This document shows, piece after piece, positions 48,001 to 58,612 of a stretch of DNA of 64,000 nucleotides (its first letter is position 1; every line of letters starts with the position of its first letter). Under the pieces are notes generated by a model. That model was given only the letters and a program-made list of their open reading frames with translations, had not been told where the DNA came from and searched no databases. The translations under genes and the position numbers were made by a program. This DNA is from an uncultured Pseudomonadales bacterium (lineage in GTDB: Bacteria > Patescibacteriota > Microgenomatia > UBA1400 > CAYNMC01): NCBI GenBank assembly GCA_964414895.1, contig CAYPXO010000002.1:35211-99210 (forward strand). Reading direction: 5' to 3'.

Positions 48001-49238
48001 GAACTTATTGCCCTAATGATTATCAATAAATTAATTACCACAAAACTAATAGCTGTGGCCAAAGCCGCGCCAGTCGCCGCCATTTTAGGAATAAAAACCA
48101 AATCTAAAGTTATTATCAAAACTACTTGGAAAAAATTAGCCAGAGCAAAAAATTTTGTCTGTCCTTTCCGATACAAAAGATAAGAAGTAAAAGGAACAGA
48201 CATAACAAAAGCAAAAAAACCAAGGCTTAAAATCTGGGTAGGCAAAATCGCTGCCTTGTAAGCCAAACCATAAAAAAAATTAATAAAAAAAGGGGCAAAG
48301 AAAATAAATCCCAAAAGCAAAAAAGCAAAGCCACTTGCCAGCAAAGCCGCTTTTTTAAGATAAGCTTTTGCTTGAATTTCTTTTTTAAAAGAAGCAAAAC
48401 GAGGAGCAAAAACAATCGATAAAACAGAAGAAAACTGATTTACCGGTAGAAAAAAACGATAACCTGCTTGATAAAAACCAACCATCTCCGGACCGGAAAA
48501 CCTCATCAAAAAAAGAGTATCTATTCGACTGTGAATAGCTACCAAAACAAAAGCTAAAGTCAACCATCCTTGAAAAGAAAAGAAGTTCCCTCTTACCTGT
48601 GAGCTAATTCTTGCCTTTAGGAAATCTAAAGAAATCATTTTAATTCCTATCAAAAAAAGAATAAAATTGGCAACAATCTGCAACCAAAAAACATTATTAA
48701 CCGTTAAGCTGCCGGCAAATATAAAAAATAGAAGAAAGGCCAATCTTAACAAGCTCGCTCCTATATCCAAACCAACGCTCTTGACAAATTTTTTTTCTCC
48801 TTGAAAAATCGCCCTAGGTAAACGATAAAGAAAAATAACAAAAACTAAAAAGGAGGCAATTTTTAAAGGTAAACTAATCTCTTGACGCAAAACTAAGGAA
48901 AAACTTCTTGCTAGAGAAAAAAGCAAAAGAAAGAAAAAAGCACCAAGCATTACTTTTAATAAAAAGGCAAACTTAAGATATGATTTCTTTTCCTTTAAAC
49001 CAATAAAGCGGACAATGCTGCTATCCAAAGACAAATCAACAGTATCAGTCACCATAATAACTACCGCCGTTACTGTTGTATAAATGCCTAATTTGGCCGG
49101 GCCCAAAACTCTGGCAATAAGAAAAAAGAACAAAGCAGAAATCAAAGCCCAAATAAGCTGGCCAAAAAAAACTATCCCCGTATCTTTTATTGTTGCCGTT
49201 TTGGAAATTTTCTTTAGCTTTTTAACAAGAAGCTTCAT
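47997..49238 (-). CDS. Wzx-like oligosaccharide flippase
   Basis: About 12 TM; ARVLGPAKLG, RIDTLFL, VGFYQAG, GAALAT. Confidence 0.88.
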   Translation of the reverse strand: MKLLVKKLKKISKTATIKDTGIVFFGQLIWALISALFFFLIARVLGPAKLGIYTTVTAVVIMVTDTVDLSLDSSIVRFIGLKEKKSYLKFAFLLKVMLGAFFFLLLFSLARSFSLVLRQEISLPLKIASFLVFVIFLYRLPRAIFQGEKKFVKSVGLDIGASLLRLAFLLFFIFAGSLTVNNVFWLQIVANFILFLIGIKMISLDFLKARISSQVRGNFFSFQGWLTLAFVLVAIHSRIDTLFLMRFSGPEMVGFYQAGYRFFLPVNQFSSVLSIVFAPRFASFKKEIQAKAYLKKAALLASGFAFLLLGFIFFAPFFINFFYGLAYKAAILPTQILSLGFFAFVMSVPFTSYLLYRKGQTKFFALANFFQVVLIITLDLVFIPKMAATGAALATAISFVVINLLIIIRAISS

Positions 49239-49247
49239 AAAAACAAG

Positions 49248-49607
49248 CTAACTTTTAGCTACACAAATAATGCCTGTCAAAATCAGGCTCAAACCAAACC
49301 AGCGGAATAAAGAAACATCCTCTTTTAAAATCACCTTTGCCAAGATCGTTGTCAACACATAAGAAAAGGCAACCATTGGATAAGCAAAGCTCAAATTTTC
49401 GCGAGACAAAACCACCAGCCAAATAATCAAACTAACCCCATACAAAAAAAGCCCTCCTAAAACAAAAGGGTTGCTAAAAGCACGAAAAAGAGGGCCAAAG
49501 GCTAGACTAATCTCTCCATTTTTGGCCATTCCTATCTTCAAAACGATCTGGCCTATTGCCGCCAAGCCAATAGAAGAAAAGATTAAAGAGTATCTTAAAA
49601 ACTGCAT
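49248..49607 (-). CDS. Small DMT/SMR membrane protein (ArnE/ArnF-like)
   Basis: GQIVLKIG, WLVVLSRENLSFAYP, LKEDVSLFRWFG. Confidence 0.8.
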   Translation of the reverse strand: MQFLRYSLIFSSIGLAAIGQIVLKIGMAKNGEISLAFGPLFRAFSNPFVLGGLFLYGVSLIIWLVVLSRENLSFAYPMVAFSYVLTTILAKVILKEDVSLFRWFGLSLILTGIICVAKS

Positions 49608-49655
49608 TCTAAAAAATTACTAATTACTTCCTTTTTATGTTAATATCATATCATT

Positions 49656-50633
49656 GTGAAGAAACAAAAGGCAAAAAGTTACCTTATCACCGGCGGAGCC
49701 GGTTTTATCGGCTCTTTTTTATGCCAGAAACTAGTCAACAAAGGAGAAAAAGTTGTCTGCCTTGATAATCTTTGTACCGGATCAAAAAAAAACATAAAAT
49801 ATCTTCTTAAGGAAAAAAACTTTACTTTCATCAAAGCCAATGTTTACTCTCAAAAAGAGCTTGGTAAAGTTTCCAATTTTCCCTTTGATTTTATTCTTCA
49901 TTTGGCTTCTCCGGCCGGTCCTAATCCTCAAAGTCCCAAAAGCTACCATCAGCTTTGGCAGGAAACATATTTGGTCAATTCTCTTGGCACTCATCTTTTG
50001 TGCCAGCTGGCAGAAAAAAGAAAAGCCGTTTTTCTTTTCGCCTCAAGCTCAGAAGTTTATGGCAACCCAAAAGTCCATCCGCAAAAAGAGAACTACTTTG
50101 GTAATGTCAATCCCAATGGCCCAAGAGCTATTTATGACGAGGGAAAAAGACTGGGGGAAGCAATTGTTTCCAACTTCACCCGCCACAAAAACCTGAAAAC
50201 TCGAATTGTTCGCATCTTTAACACCTATGGGCCAAGAATGAATGTTGATGACGGCCGAGTTCTTTCCTTATTCGTCTATCAAATTCTTAATAAAAAAGAG
50301 GTTACCATTCATGGTGATGGCCAGCAAACTCGTAGCTTTTGTTATATTGATGACCAAGTAGAAGGAATATTAAAACTTCTTTATTGTAAAAAAGCTAACG
50401 GCTTGCCGGTTAACATCGGCAATCCCCAAGAAATTACTATTCTCAAACTTCTGGAGAAAATAAAAAAACTAACCAAGCTGACTCCAAAAATAAAATACGC
50501 TCCTCTCCCTAAAGATGATCCTAAAAGGAGAAAGCCGGATATTAGCCGCGCCAAAAAACTGCTTGGCTGGCAACCAAAGATTGGTTTGGAGAAAGGCCTA
50601 AGGAGAACCGTTAAGTATTTTCAAAAAAACTAA
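49656..50633 (+). CDS. UDP-glucuronate decarboxylase-like SDR
   Basis: TGGAGFIGS, HLASPA, ASSSEVYG, YDEGKR, RIFNTYGPRM, DDPKRRKPDI. Confidence 0.9.
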   Translation: MKKQKAKSYLITGGAGFIGSFLCQKLVNKGEKVVCLDNLCTGSKKNIKYLLKEKNFTFIKANVYSQKELGKVSNFPFDFILHLASPAGPNPQSPKSYHQLWQETYLVNSLGTHLLCQLAEKRKAVFLFASSSEVYGNPKVHPQKENYFGNVNPNGPRAIYDEGKRLGEAIVSNFTRHKNLKTRIVRIFNTYGPRMNVDDGRVLSLFVYQILNKKEVTIHGDGQQTRSFCYIDDQVEGILKLLYCKKANGLPVNIGNPQEITILKLLEKIKKLTKLTPKIKYAPLPKDDPKRRKPDISRAKKLLGWQPKIGLEKGLRRTVKYFQKN

Positions 50634-50647
50634 ATCCAGAAATTAGA

Positions 50648-50690
50648 AGAGCGAAGCTATCTATATTTAAAATACATCATGAAGTGAGCT
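50648..50690. repeat. Family-F dispersed repeat, copy 2
   Basis: Matches 43731-43772. Confidence 0.75.
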
Positions 50691-50822
50691 TATTACCAAC
50701 TCCCAACATGTCACTGAGTAAATGGTGCGAACGCAATGTTGAGCAAGCGCAGAATCCAAAATAAAGACCAAAATAGCCAGCGCAAGCGCTATTTAAAAAT
50801 ACGATAGCAAGCTCTTTTAAGC

Positions 50823-51782
50823 ATGGAAATTCTCATCACCGGCTGTGCCGGTTTTATCGGCGCTCATTTAAGCAAAAACCTCATTACCAAAAACCATTCT
50901 ATAATCGGCATTGACAACCTAAACAATTACTACAGCCCCCATTTTAAAAAACTCCGTTTAAAAAAACTTGTCGGCAAAGATAAAAATTTCCAATTTATAA
51001 AAGGAGATATTTGTAACAAAAAACTCCTCTATGAAGTTTTTAAGAAAAATAAATTTGATTTGGTAATTCATCTGGCCGCTCAGGCGGGAGTCAGATATTC
51101 CTTAATCAATCCCTTTGTTTACGAGTCAAGCAATCTCAAGGGAACCCTAAATATTTTAGAAATGATAAGACACCACCATAAACCCAGGCTTATCTTTACC
51201 TCCTCCAGCAGTGTTTATGGTAACAACAAAAAGGTTCCCTTTTCTGAAAATGATGCCTGCAATCAGCCAGCTTCTCTTTATTCGGCTAGCAAAAGAGCAG
51301 GAGAATTGATGATCAAAGCCTACCATTACCTTTACGGTATTAAAAGCTGCTGCTTAAGGCTCTTTACTGTTTATGGCCCCTGGGGACGGCCGGACATGGC
51401 TTATTTTATTTTCACCAAAGCTCTTCTGGAAAACAAACCATTAACCGTTTTCCAAAAAGAAACCGCCAGAGACTTTACCTATATTGACGATATTATCAAG
51501 GGAATCACTGCCGCTATGAAAAAAGATTTTAACTTTGAGATTATCAATCTGGGAAACTCCCATCCGATCACTTTAGCCCAACTTATCACTCGCCTAGAAA
51601 AAGAAACCGGTAAAAAAGCAAAAATAAAAATAAAACCGCTTCCTCCTGGTGATGTTAAAAAAACTTACGCGGATATAAACTATGCTAAAAAAAAATTAGG
51701 CTGGAGGCCAAAAACCAAAATAGAAAAGGGCTTAAAAAACTTTGTCGTTTGGTATAGAAAAGAAGGAATAAAAATAAGTTAA
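50823..51782 (+). CDS. UDP-glucuronate 4-epimerase-like SDR
   Basis: TGCAGFIG, HLAAQAGVRYS, SSSSVYG, YSASK, FTVYGPWGRPDMA. Confidence 0.92.
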   Translation: MEILITGCAGFIGAHLSKNLITKNHSIIGIDNLNNYYSPHFKKLRLKKLVGKDKNFQFIKGDICNKKLLYEVFKKNKFDLVIHLAAQAGVRYSLINPFVYESSNLKGTLNILEMIRHHHKPRLIFTSSSSVYGNNKKVPFSENDACNQPASLYSASKRAGELMIKAYHYLYGIKSCCLRLFTVYGPWGRPDMAYFIFTKALLENKPLTVFQKETARDFTYIDDIIKGITAAMKKDFNFEIINLGNSHPITLAQLITRLEKETGKKAKIKIKPLPPGDVKKTYADINYAKKKLGWRPKTKIEKGLKNFVVWYRKEGIKIS

Positions 51783-51807
51783 TCTGTGGAAGGAAATCCA
51801 TCTTACT

Positions 51808-52542
51808 CTAAGCGACCCGCGATTGCGTGTCAGCTAGACTATATAAAACTTCCGGTAACTCCTCTTTTTTCATTTTTAGTGCCTTGCCTTTTCCTAAAAA
51901 TTTATATTTCTTAAGTCTATCAATCACCCGTAACTGATGCTGCCAACCACTTCTTTTAAGATGGGTGGCGTGCAAATACCAAGTATCAACAAACTCCAGC
52001 CGAGAGACCAACTCTTGGATTGGCTTACCTTTCAGGCTATAGGCTTCCAGTGGATATTCTCCTTTTACTTGCAAACCATCAATTTTCCTTATTGCCCGGA
52101 TGTTAAGATGGCCTTCCCAAGGTCCTATTTGATATTCTCCCTCGCTTTCAGGCGAATAATGATAAACATCGCTAATACAATTCCTAGTTTTATTTACTAA
52201 AGCAATTGTCTGTTTCTTGGCTTTCTTCATCGCTTTAATTAAATAAACTAAATTTCTCTTAGGCCAAATCTCATCTCCATCAACAAGTAAAAACCAGGGT
52301 GTCTTTGTTTCTTTGAGCTGCTGGTTGCGCAACTCAACTAATTGTTTTCTATTAACTTTTCCACATTGTTTAAATTTAATTTTATTTGATTTCATTGATT
52401 CTATTATCTTTACTGTCTTGTCTGTTGAGCCGGTATCCCAAACAAGCAACTCCTCGGCATAATCCAAAACCGAAAGCAAAGCCGATTTTATAAACTGCTC
52501 TTCATTCTTAACAACAGTGTGAACCGTAAATTTTACAGACAT
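51808..52542 (-). CDS. GT2 glycosyltransferase
   Basis: VKNEE, DTGSTDKT, RNQQL, VDGDE. Confidence 0.85.
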   Translation of the reverse strand: MSVKFTVHTVVKNEEQFIKSALLSVLDYAEELLVWDTGSTDKTVKIIESMKSNKIKFKQCGKVNRKQLVELRNQQLKETKTPWFLLVDGDEIWPKRNLVYLIKAMKKAKKQTIALVNKTRNCISDVYHYSPESEGEYQIGPWEGHLNIRAIRKIDGLQVKGEYPLEAYSLKGKPIQELVSRLEFVDTWYLHATHLKRSGWQHQLRVIDRLKKYKFLGKGKALKMKKEELPEVLYSLADTQSRVA

Positions 52543-52562
52543 TTTTGTCGTAAATATCAATT

Positions 52563-54059
52563 TTAAAATTCAATCTCATATGCTTTACTAGAATTATCCA
52601 AAATATAAACCCGCCAGCCTTCAAAATCTTTTTTGTCAATTATCGGCAAAACTGGCTGATAATCCTTATGGGACCAATTGTCAACAAAAAGAACCACAAT
52701 TTTGGGAAAAACCTCAGCCGGCTTTTCCCGATAAAGCCAAAAGAAATCCGGATCAATAAAACTGATTGCCGGCGGGCTTTCTTTTATTTCAAACAAATAA
52801 CGAAGCCCATTATAGCGAAAACATTTGCTCTTAACATCTAAAGCAAAATCTCTGTCTTTTAATTTTTCGATTGTCCAATTGACTGCTTCTTTAGTACTAG
52901 CCAGTCCATAGGCATTTCTGGCCTTAAAAACCAAACCTATATTGGAAAAAACGAAAAAAATCAGCAAAAAAAATCCTATTGCCCAAAATCGAACAAAAAC
53001 TTTGGCCGTAATTACCGCAAAAACAGGCAAAAGCCCGGCCAGATAATGCTCATAAATAGGCTTTCCCAGCAAACCTCCATAAACTAAAAGTCCTAAAAGG
53101 TAAATCATCAAAAGTCGGGCGAAATAAATCTCGCCAGACTTTCCAGCTCTCTTTTTGCCAAAATAGTAAACAGTCAAAAGCACTAAAGCCAAAAACTGCA
53201 GAAAAACCGGCTGGCCAAACTGCCTTATAAAAGCTACTGGCGAGCAATAAGTATGAAAAAAACTAACCTCTTTCTGTGGAGAATACCAAAATCGAGATAG
53301 GCTCCGAGTCGGCAGAAGGAAGGCAGCCAAAAAGCTCTTTGGATCAAGACTTACCTCTCCTTTCTTTTCAAAGAACTGCAAAATTCCTTGGACGTTGCTT
53401 CCCTGATGGCGAAGGTCAAAGAAAATCAAAGGGGTTAAAAAGAGCGCCCCAAAAATAAGAACAAAAACTAAGCCTTTGCCAAAAATTTCTCTTTCTTCCC
53501 ATAAAGAATAACCGGTTAGCAAAAGTAAAACTAAATTGGAAGGGTCAGCCGTTATCGCAAAAGCCAAAAGCAAACCCAGCCAAAACCAACGCCAGTAAAG
53601 GTTTTTCTTTACCAGTAAAAAAACGACTAAAATTGTAAATAACGGATTTAAGCTTAAAGGCCACCAGTGCCGGTCAAAAAAAACTGCTGTAAAAGAAACT
53701 CCATAAACCAAAGACGTCACCAATCCCATCCTGGTATTGTGAAACTCTTTGGCTAAACAAAAAAGGGCAAAAACAGTCATCACTCCAAAGACTGCTGTTA
53801 ACCAACCCCAAACTAAGGGATTAAAATCAGTCAAAGGTAAAAAGAATGCCGAAAAATAATAAAAGTAAGGAGGAAGATGAAAACCCAAAGAACTAATTCC
53901 ACCAATCAAAAAGGGATGTTTTAAAGCAAACAGTCCCCAACCGCGAAAGGCCAAAAGAGCCTCATCCATCATAAAATAAAAAAGCTCCTCAAGCCTAAAA
54001 ACTCTCAAAAAAAAAGCAAGGCCCAATATTATCCAAAGAAAAAAAGGGGCTTTTCTCAT
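52563..54059 (-). CDS. GT-C (ArnT/PMT-like) membrane glycosyltransferase
   Basis: Polytopic; LRVFRL..FMMDE, PPYFYY. Confidence 0.75.
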   Translation of the reverse strand: MRKAPFFLWIILGLAFFLRVFRLEELFYFMMDEALLAFRGWGLFALKHPFLIGGISSLGFHLPPYFYYFSAFFLPLTDFNPLVWGWLTAVFGVMTVFALFCLAKEFHNTRMGLVTSLVYGVSFTAVFFDRHWWPLSLNPLFTILVVFLLVKKNLYWRWFWLGLLLAFAITADPSNLVLLLLTGYSLWEEREIFGKGLVFVLIFGALFLTPLIFFDLRHQGSNVQGILQFFEKKGEVSLDPKSFLAAFLLPTRSLSRFWYSPQKEVSFFHTYCSPVAFIRQFGQPVFLQFLALVLLTVYYFGKKRAGKSGEIYFARLLMIYLLGLLVYGGLLGKPIYEHYLAGLLPVFAVITAKVFVRFWAIGFFLLIFFVFSNIGLVFKARNAYGLASTKEAVNWTIEKLKDRDFALDVKSKCFRYNGLRYLFEIKESPPAISFIDPDFFWLYREKPAEVFPKIVVLFVDNWSHKDYQPVLPIIDKKDFEGWRVYILDNSSKAYEIEF

Positions 54060-54592
54060 TTCTTTTTTATTTTTGCCGGCACACCAACAGCCAAAGAGTC
54101 GGCAACAACATCTTTAGTAACTACCGCTCCTGCTCCAATCATCGCTCTTTTACTTATTTTAAGACCGGGTAAAATTATCGCTCCAAGCCCAATAAAAGAG
54201 CCACTTTCAATAACAGTCTTTTTGACAAACTTGGGATATTTGTCCACCAAAGGATGGTTGGAAAATCCAACTGAGAAATGAGAAATCAGAGAAGCCCGAG
54301 CAGAAACAGTAATCTGATCTTGCAAAACTATCTCTCCTGCCAGATCAAAAAGTGCTCCCCGACCCAAGAAAGACTCTCTCCCTACCTGAAATCCAGCTAA
54401 ACCAGTCCTGTCAAGATTAATAAAATCAATCCTGTCGACAACACATCTCTTCCCAATTTTTGCTCCCCCTAATTTTAGCCAAAAAACCCTTAAAGGCGAA
54501 AAAGGCAAAAAGTCAAAGACCATTTGCCAAAAAGAAAAAATAAAATGGCGAAAGAGTCTTTTAAAACCAATTTCTCTCAAGAGCCTTTTCAT
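54056..54592 (-). CDS. Hexapeptide-repeat (LbH) O-acyltransferase
   Basis: GAKIG, IILPG, IGAGAVVTKDV, GVPAK. Confidence 0.88.
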   Translation of the reverse strand: MKRLLREIGFKRLFRHFIFSFWQMVFDFLPFSPLRVFWLKLGGAKIGKRCVVDRIDFINLDRTGLAGFQVGRESFLGRGALFDLAGEIVLQDQITVSARASLISHFSVGFSNHPLVDKYPKFVKKTVIESGSFIGLGAIILPGLKISKRAMIGAGAVVTKDVVADSLAVGVPAKIKKK

Positions 54593-54752
54593 AAAGAGAA
54601 AATTGCGAAAGTAGTCTCCGAGCTACTGAGCAATTTGACTATAATAATTTTAAACGAAAAGCAAGATACTGGCACGAACATTATTTAAAAATATAGCTCT
54701 TTAAAAACAAAATGGCGGGTTTTTAAAACCTTCTCTTTTTTATTTCTCATTT

Positions 54753-54853
54753 GTCATTCTCGACCTGAAAGCGAAAGCGCTTCAAGATCGGGAATCTATA
54801 AAAATATTAAAGCTGAATTATTTGTATAGATTCTGAATCAAGTTCAGAATGAC
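54753..54853. repeat. Family-A REPIN with an extra hairpin in the left loop
   Basis: GTCATTCTCGACC[TGAAAGCGAAAGCGCTTCA]AGATCGGGAATCTATA...TATAGATTCTGAATCAAGTTCAGAATGAC. Confidence 0.88.
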
Positions 54854-54905
54854 AAAGGTGACATTTTGTTTTAACATTGCTATAGGACGCCAAGCTCTCA
54901 AAGAA

Positions 54906-55616
54906 CTAAAGATTAAAACGAAAGCTTATTAAATTTCTCAAATATCTAAAGCTGTCAGGAATCAATCTAACGGTTGAGGTCTTGTCAAACCGCCTTACAA
55001 AAGCAACCGGAATTTCCCTAACTTCAAGTTTTGCCCTGTAGGCCCTAGCCATTATTTCCGTATCCCAAAACCAAGCCGGATAAACAGAGTTTTCGAAAAT
55101 CTTTTTGCTGGTTTTTTTTCTAAAAAACTTATAACCGGCTTCCGTATCTTTAAAAGGCAATCCCAAAAAGATCTTTCTCAACAAAATATAGCCTTTACTG
55201 CTAATCCAGCGAGCAAGGGTAGCCAGCCTAAAATCGTATATCCGCCAAGCAATAGCCACATCAGCACCCTTCTCAATCGTCTGGATAAACTTGGACAAAT
55301 ACCACTCACCTATTTCCAAATCAACATCAATAAAGCCAACCATCTTCCCATGAGCCTTTAAAAATCCCTCAACTACTGTCTTGCCTCTTCCTTTGTTTTT
55401 CCAATGAAAAAAGGCCCGCAGGTTTTTTCTGGGATATTTTTTCAGTGCCTCTTTTATAAGTTTTTTGGTTTTATCTTTCGATTTATCATCAATAAAAATT
55501 ATCTCCCAGGTATAGCTTGTTTCATCCAAAACCTCTATTATCCTGGCAAGAGAATCAACAAAAATCTCTCCTTCATTGTAACAAGGTAAAATCAGAGAAA
55601 AATCAAACTTGCTCAT
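54906..55616 (-). CDS. Polyprenyl-phosphate glycosyltransferase (GT2, DPM/Alg5-like)
   Basis: LPCYNE, IDDKSKD, NKGRG, FIDVD, DTEAGYK, WDTE. Confidence 0.85.
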   Translation of the reverse strand: MSKFDFSLILPCYNEGEIFVDSLARIIEVLDETSYTWEIIFIDDKSKDKTKKLIKEALKKYPRKNLRAFFHWKNKGRGKTVVEGFLKAHGKMVGFIDVDLEIGEWYLSKFIQTIEKGADVAIAWRIYDFRLATLARWISSKGYILLRKIFLGLPFKDTEAGYKFFRKKTSKKIFENSVYPAWFWDTEIMARAYRAKLEVREIPVAFVRRFDKTSTVRLIPDSFRYLRNLISFRFNL

Positions 55617-55663
55617 AATCTTTATCTTACAATATTGCCCTATTTTAGTCTATAATAGTAACA

Positions 55664-56827
55664 GTGAGAAAAAATTTTTTAATCTTTGGCCAGCCGAGAT
55701 TTTTTAAAGAAGAGCTAACGGGAATCTTGGAAACGCTGCGCTCCGGTTGGTGGGGAACCGGACCAAAAACACAAAAATTCCAAAAACTTTTTGCTAAATA
55801 TACTAAAGCCAAATACGCTCTGGGTTTAAATTCCTGCACTGCCGCTTTAGAGCTGGCCTTGGATGTTTTAAAGATTGGCCCTGGCGATGAGGTTATCACC
55901 ACTCCAATTACTTTTGTTTCTACTGTTAATGTTATTGTCCACCGTGGTGCCAAACCGGTTTTTGCTGACATCAATCCTTCTACTTGGAACATCAATCCCC
56001 GTAAGATTGAAAAAAAGATAACCAAAAAAACCAAAGCAATTATCCCCGTTCATCTCCATGGCCGACCATGTCAAATGGATGAAATCTTAAAACTTGCCAA
56101 AAAACATAAGCTCTTTGTCGTTGAAGACGCTGCCCATGCACTGGAGGCTTGGCATAAAGGTAAAAAAATCGGCTCAATTTCCGATTTTACCGCTTTTTCT
56201 TTTTATGTCACCAAAAATCTGGCTACCGGCGAAGGCGGGATGTTAACGACCAACAATAAAACTTGGTTTAGGCAAGCAACCATAAAAAGCCTGCACGGCA
56301 TTTCTGCCGATGCCTGGAAAAGATATTCGGCCAGCGGCTTTAAACCTTATGAAGCCGTTTATGCCGGCTATAAATTCAACATGACTGATCTGCAGGCCTC
56401 TTTGGGTATTCCTCAGCTTAAAAGAGTCAACAAAAACTTAAAAATTCGCCAAAAGTATTGGCAAGTTTATATGCGAGCTTTTGAAAACCTAAAGGAAATT
56501 AGCTTGCCAGCGCCGATAGAAAAAAATACCATCCATGGTATGCACATCTTCGCTATTTTATTGAACCTAAAAAGACTAAAAATCAACCGTAATCAATTTA
56601 TAGAAGCTCTGCAAAAAGAAAACATTGGCGCCGGTATCCACTTTACTGCCGTGCATCTGCACAAGTTTTACCGGCAAAGATTTGGTTTTAAAAAAGGAGT
56701 TCTACCGGTTGCCGAAAGGATCGGCAACCGCCTTGTTTCCCTCCCCTTCTACCCCCACATGACTAAAAAAGATCTAAACGATGTTATCGCTGCTGTTCAT
56801 AAAATCATCCGTCTTTATAAAAAGTAA
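55664..56827 (+). CDS. Nucleotide-sugar aminotransferase (ArnB/DegT family)
   Basis: NSCTAAL, EDAAHA, FSFYVTKNLATGEGG, GYKFNMTDLQA, SLPFYP. Confidence 0.93.
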   Translation: MRKNFLIFGQPRFFKEELTGILETLRSGWWGTGPKTQKFQKLFAKYTKAKYALGLNSCTAALELALDVLKIGPGDEVITTPITFVSTVNVIVHRGAKPVFADINPSTWNINPRKIEKKITKKTKAIIPVHLHGRPCQMDEILKLAKKHKLFVVEDAAHALEAWHKGKKIGSISDFTAFSFYVTKNLATGEGGMLTTNNKTWFRQATIKSLHGISADAWKRYSASGFKPYEAVYAGYKFNMTDLQASLGIPQLKRVNKNLKIRQKYWQVYMRAFENLKEISLPAPIEKNTIHGMHIFAILLNLKRLKINRNQFIEALQKENIGAGIHFTAVHLHKFYRQRFGFKKGVLPVAERIGNRLVSLPFYPHMTKKDLNDVIAAVHKIIRLYKK

Positions 56828-56855
56828 TAAAAATACCTAGCTGTCTCGGCTTTAA

Positions 56856-56892
56856 CACCTCCCAAGTGATAAAGCCTGAACACCTAGGAAGT
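56856..56892. repeat. Pair of degenerate CACCT..AGGTG-type palindromes between convergent genes
   Basis: CACCTCCCAAGTG 56856-56868 and CACCTAGGAAGT 56881-56892; resemble TCCCAGGTG beside RAYT. Confidence 0.45.
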
Positions 56893-58575
56893 TTTTTTAA
56901 AGATCAAAAAAGCAAGGCAAGAAAAAGCAGCAATGGAAAGCAAGTCGGCAAATAAACGCAACTTTGTCTCTCCAAATTTCAACTTAACTTGAAATTCTCC
57001 TGCCGGTGCAGAAAACAAAACCAAACCTTTGGATTTTTTAAAGTCCTTTAGATTTTCTTTTACTTCTTCCGTTAATTCTCTTCCATCAACAAACAACCGC
57101 CAGCCAGGATAATAATAGTTGTGAATCAAAATTTCTGATTTTTGTCTGCAAGCAAGATTAAAAGAAATTAAATTGCTTTTTTGTAAAAGTTTTTCCACTC
57201 GGCAATCACCCTGGTTAATTTCAACTTTTTGCTCTGGCGGTAGCTGGTATGGTTTTTTTCTTGCCCAGCGAGGAATATATTCATTCCAACCGCTGCCTAC
57301 CCAATAATAAGTCTTAAAATAGTTATCCGGATAGTCAATGGTGTCATTAATACGCAAATGATTGCGATTACCATAAAAAGCAAGAATTAAAAGCATCATA
57401 GAAGCAAAAATTAAAAACTTTCTCTCTTTTAAATTAGCAATCAGCCAACCAGACAAAAAAGCGGCTGTAAAAACGGAAAGAGCCAAAAAGCGCCAAGGAG
57501 TATCTACCTTTTGTAGTGGAGAAAAAAGAACCCAAATCGGCTTGGAAATCTCAAGCATTAAAAAGATTGAAAGAAAAAAATTAAAGAGAAGAATAATAAT
57601 AAGGCTTAAGTTTTTTCGCTTATTTTTCTTTTTTATTATAAAGTATATATAGTATACAGGAGTACACTTAATAATAAGAAAAATGCTTAGAAAAACTGCT
57701 AGCCATTGGGCAATTCCAATTCTTAAGGTCAGATCATTACCAAAGCCCGGCGCTCCATAGCCCCAAGGCGAATAGAGGAGTTTTTTAAAAGAAACAAATT
57801 GGTCATAATTGGCAGAAACAATCTCTGTGTAGTAAGTGTAAGCAGCTTCCCAAACGGCAGGGATTAAATAAAAACTACAAATTCCCACCGCCAGCAAAAT
57901 GGCAACCAGCCACCGTTTTATTATCCTTTTTTTCTTTTTTGAATAACTAACTAGCCAAAAAGAGAATAAAAACCAAAGAGGAAAGAAAATAACCAAAGTT
58001 ATCAAATGAGAAAGAATCAAACCAGCCAAAGCAAAAACAAGAGCGACAAAATTTTTCTTTGTCGATTTTTTGGAAAACCGAAAGACAAAAAGAAAAACTA
58101 AAGGAACAAAAGCAAAGCCAACTGCTTCCCCTAGAGAGGCAGTCACAAAAATCTTGACAAAGCGATAAGGAGCCCAAGACCAAAGAATGCTAGAGACAAA
58201 AGCGGCCCAACTGTTCTTAAAAAGCTCTCTTGCCAAAAAATACATTCCCAAAGCAGAAGTAAAATAGGAAAAAACAATAACCAGCTTAACCGATTCGGCC
58301 AAATTAAAACCAGCAAAATGAAAGCCTTCGGCCAGCCAGTAAGGCAAAGGATAGGCAAAAATAAAAACCGGGTAACCTCTAGTGCCGGAAAACTGGCCGG
58401 CCCAGCGAGGAGGAAACTGGCCTTCTTTTAAAATACGATCAAATTCATAAAGCCTGGCCAGGTGTGACTGTCCATCATGGGAAGTATAAAATTTCGGCCC
58501 CCAAAGATCTTTAAGAGCAAAAAGAGATATAACAAAAATTGCAACAATCAACAATAAATTTATTCCTTTTTTCAC
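56884..58575 (-). CDS. PTPS-related/YfhO-like polytopic membrane protein (GT-C-like)
   Basis: SHDGQSHLAR, GQFPPRWA, GYPVF..YPLPY, PWRFL, EYIP, YYPGW; start taken at GTG 58575. Confidence 0.8.
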   Translation of the reverse strand: MKKGINLLLIVAIFVISLFALKDLWGPKFYTSHDGQSHLARLYEFDRILKEGQFPPRWAGQFSGTRGYPVFIFAYPLPYWLAEGFHFAGFNLAESVKLVIVFSYFTSALGMYFLARELFKNSWAAFVSSILWSWAPYRFVKIFVTASLGEAVGFAFVPLVFLFVFRFSKKSTKKNFVALVFALAGLILSHLITLVIFFPLWFLFSFWLVSYSKKKKRIIKRWLVAILLAVGICSFYLIPAVWEAAYTYYTEIVSANYDQFVSFKKLLYSPWGYGAPGFGNDLTLRIGIAQWLAVFLSIFLIIKCTPVYYIYFIIKKKNKRKNLSLIIILLFNFFLSIFLMLEISKPIWVLFSPLQKVDTPWRFLALSVFTAAFLSGWLIANLKERKFLIFASMMLLILAFYGNRNHLRINDTIDYPDNYFKTYYWVGSGWNEYIPRWARKKPYQLPPEQKVEINQGDCRVEKLLQKSNLISFNLACRQKSEILIHNYYYPGWRLFVDGRELTEEVKENLKDFKKSKGLVLFSAPAGEFQVKLKFGETKLRLFADLLSIAAFSCLAFLIFKKTS

Positions 58576-58612
58576 TTTTTTAAGGTATAGATAAAACAAA
58601 TAATAATTATTG

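Noticed and set aside
50701-50744. attC-like site (TCCCAAC...GTTGAGC)
   Set aside because: Only 44 bp, poor internal pairing, single copy, no integrase.
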